Assembly (NCBI GenBank): GCA_020137815.1
Contig: CM035352.1
Span: 8,618,001-8,682,000 of the forward strand
DNA: 64,000 nucleotides
Source: Hormiphora californensis
Taxonomy: Eukaryota > Animalia > Ctenophora
Direction of reading: 5' to 3'
In this document: one piece after another, positions 62,256 to 64,000 of the stretch
Numbering within the stretch: the stretch's first letter is position 1
How the letters are laid out: every line of letters starts with the position of its first letter
The notes under the pieces: generated by a model
What the model was told of the DNA's origin: nothing
Database searches by the model: none
The model's input: the letters and a program-made list of their open reading frames with translations, nothing else
Position numbers and translations under genes: made by a program

Positions 62256-63863
62256 CTAGAATGTAATACCGTGAACCCCCAAGGTAACTGATTTGCGACG
62301 TTTTTTCAGGTTTTGAAAGAACTCCACAACTTCTTTTCTGTCGAATGCCACTGCCATCTCGTAGGCGCTTTTTCCAAATCTGAGGGGTGGGAGAGATATT
62401 AGTACAGAAGTGATGAGGAAACTTTTAGTTACCAGACTAAAGAGAGTTCAGAATTTTTACAGGGGAAACCTTAGTCATGTTCAGAAATGCAGCTAAGTCA
62501 AAAGAGATGCACTTTTCCTTTTTCTATCTCCATAATATGACATCTCATCCATTACCCGCCATTCCTCTTACATGTCACAGCTAAATGCTTCTATGATAAC
62601 TTTATAAACTAGCTTGCTGTCATGCAGTTCTCCCTCTCTCTCTCTATCTCTCTTTAGTCTTTCTTTCTATATATCTCTCTTTAGTCCTTCCTTCTCTCTC
62701 TCTCTCTCTCTTCCTCTCGCTCAGATTGGTCCCCTATAGATCGTACTAGAGCATACATGATGCGATGTGGTAGTTCGTGTGTGGTTAATTCTCGTGAGAG
62801 AGGTAGAAAGATAGAGAGAGAGAGAGGGGGAGAGAGTCAAGAGAGAGAGAGTAACCTACATGAAGGGTGACATGTTTCTCTATACTCTATACTTATTACT
62901 TTATGCATGTATTCCACTATTCCCAGCTATAGACATATTAGTGTCTGTGCTGTGTTTGTCTGTGTATTTGTCTGTGCGTTTGCACTTTGCACGCATTCTG
63001 TGTGTTTTTCTGTGCCAAGCAATTTCCTCCTGCACTTCATATCATTTTGTAGAAATCGTACAGCTACTGGAGAGCTGCAGAGCACTGTTACCATTTGTCA
63101 GCAGTGAGGAGAGAGAGAGAACTCCAGTACATTTATTGGTTTTGTTTCCTCCCCCTCACTTTTCTTCCTCTCTATAGTCTTTCTCTGCAGTACCCCAATG
63201 GATAGCCTCCTCTCTCTCCATCTCCCTCTCGCTTCTCTCTCTCTCTGTTTCTCTCTCTCGCTCTCCCCCTCCCTCCCTCTCTCTCTAACCTGGTAAATGC
63301 AGAGTGAACAGCTCCACTTGAAACCAAAACCTCGCACATTTCTCTGTTCCCTGCCAAGCTTGCGGCCATTAGCACTGTCTTTCCAATGTGATCACAATAG
63401 TTCACATTGCTACCTGCAACAGAGAGTGAGAGTGTGTGAGAGAGTGAGAGAGATAGGGGGAGAGAGAGAGGTGCAAGTCACTCTGTCAGGGTGTGAGAGG
63501 GAATTATAGAGTACTCTATTCATTTGGCAATAGTTCTTTATATCATCTGTTATTTTAGCCTAAATCTTTTGTTCAAAGGGGAAGGATGGTCGAACAAGGC
63601 AACTAAATCTATTGATTTTACGGTGTGCTCAAGGGTAGTTAAACATTTTTAATAGTGTCCATCTTTAATTCCGGTTGTATGTGTTAATTTTGACCTTGCT
63701 GAAAGTCGTGACTTGTGGGCCGTGGCTGAATAGTGCATATATACCTGATCTGATTAGGGCATGTGCTATATCCATTGTGCCTCGATTAGCAGCGAGGCAC
63801 ATTAGAGGCGTCCATCCCTGGTTGTCTTGGGCGTCCACATCTATATTTTGTTTTATCAGGTAC
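62256..63863 (-). CDS. FANK1: FANK1-like ankyrin-repeat protein, last three exons (63745-63863, 63290-63413, 62256-62379)
   Basis: Spliced: YLIKQNIDVDAQDNQGWTPLMCLAANRGTMDIAHALIRSGSNVNYCDHIGKTVLMAASLAGNREMCEVLVSSGAVHSAFTRFGKSAYEMAVAFDRKEVVEFFQNLKKRRK. Ankyrin repeats, with a C-terminus like FANK1 (FGK..LEMA..FDR..VV). Confidence 0.75.
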
Positions 63864-64000
63864 CTGAGATGGGGGAAACTATGTTAGCGTAGGAAACAAT
63901 TTCGAAAAAATATGATATTTCTTGGAATTACGGCGTCTCTATTTCTTGGTGATTGGCGCAGTTCTGTACCTCTCGCTCTCTCTCTCCCTCTCTCTCTGCG

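Overview
Eukaryotic (animal, probably invertebrate) genomic DNA, rich in (AG)n microsatellites, minisatellites and MITEs. It contains a 100-N gap (27554-27653) and several homopolymer-inflated, low-accuracy stretches (~11580-13360, ~27654-30560, ~40680-41420). Main contents: (1) 1-~11.8 kb, a Ty3/gypsy-type LTR retroelement: end of the 5' LTR, tRNA-His PBS, gag with two zinc knuckles, a TTTAAAC -1 frameshift signal and intact PR-RT-RH-IN pol. It is followed by TWO tandem, unrelated envelope-like genes. The first is a class III (herpes gB/chuvirus/rhabdovirus G-like) glycoprotein. The second is a class I (F-type, REKR furin site plus fusion peptide) glycoprotein with a PAN/apple-like insert. 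Each has its own splice acceptor. This is the best candidate for an undescribed system. (2) 20.2-24.3 kb, an intact 942-aa Transib/RAG1-like DDE transposase with an N-terminal Zn ribbon and an NBD-like motif, preceded on the same strand by an RGG/acidic low-complexity ORF and bracketed by tandem arrays. (3) A Penelope-type minimal hammerhead ribozyme at ~39.57 kb. (4) Host gene pieces: an MFS transporter-like exon, a multi-exon minus-strand gene (~36.9-45 kb), a plus-strand multi-exon gene with an intronless MTFP1 nested in one intron on the same strand, and the 3' exons of a FANK1-like ankyrin gene. All family assignments come from motif recognition by eye; no database searches were run.
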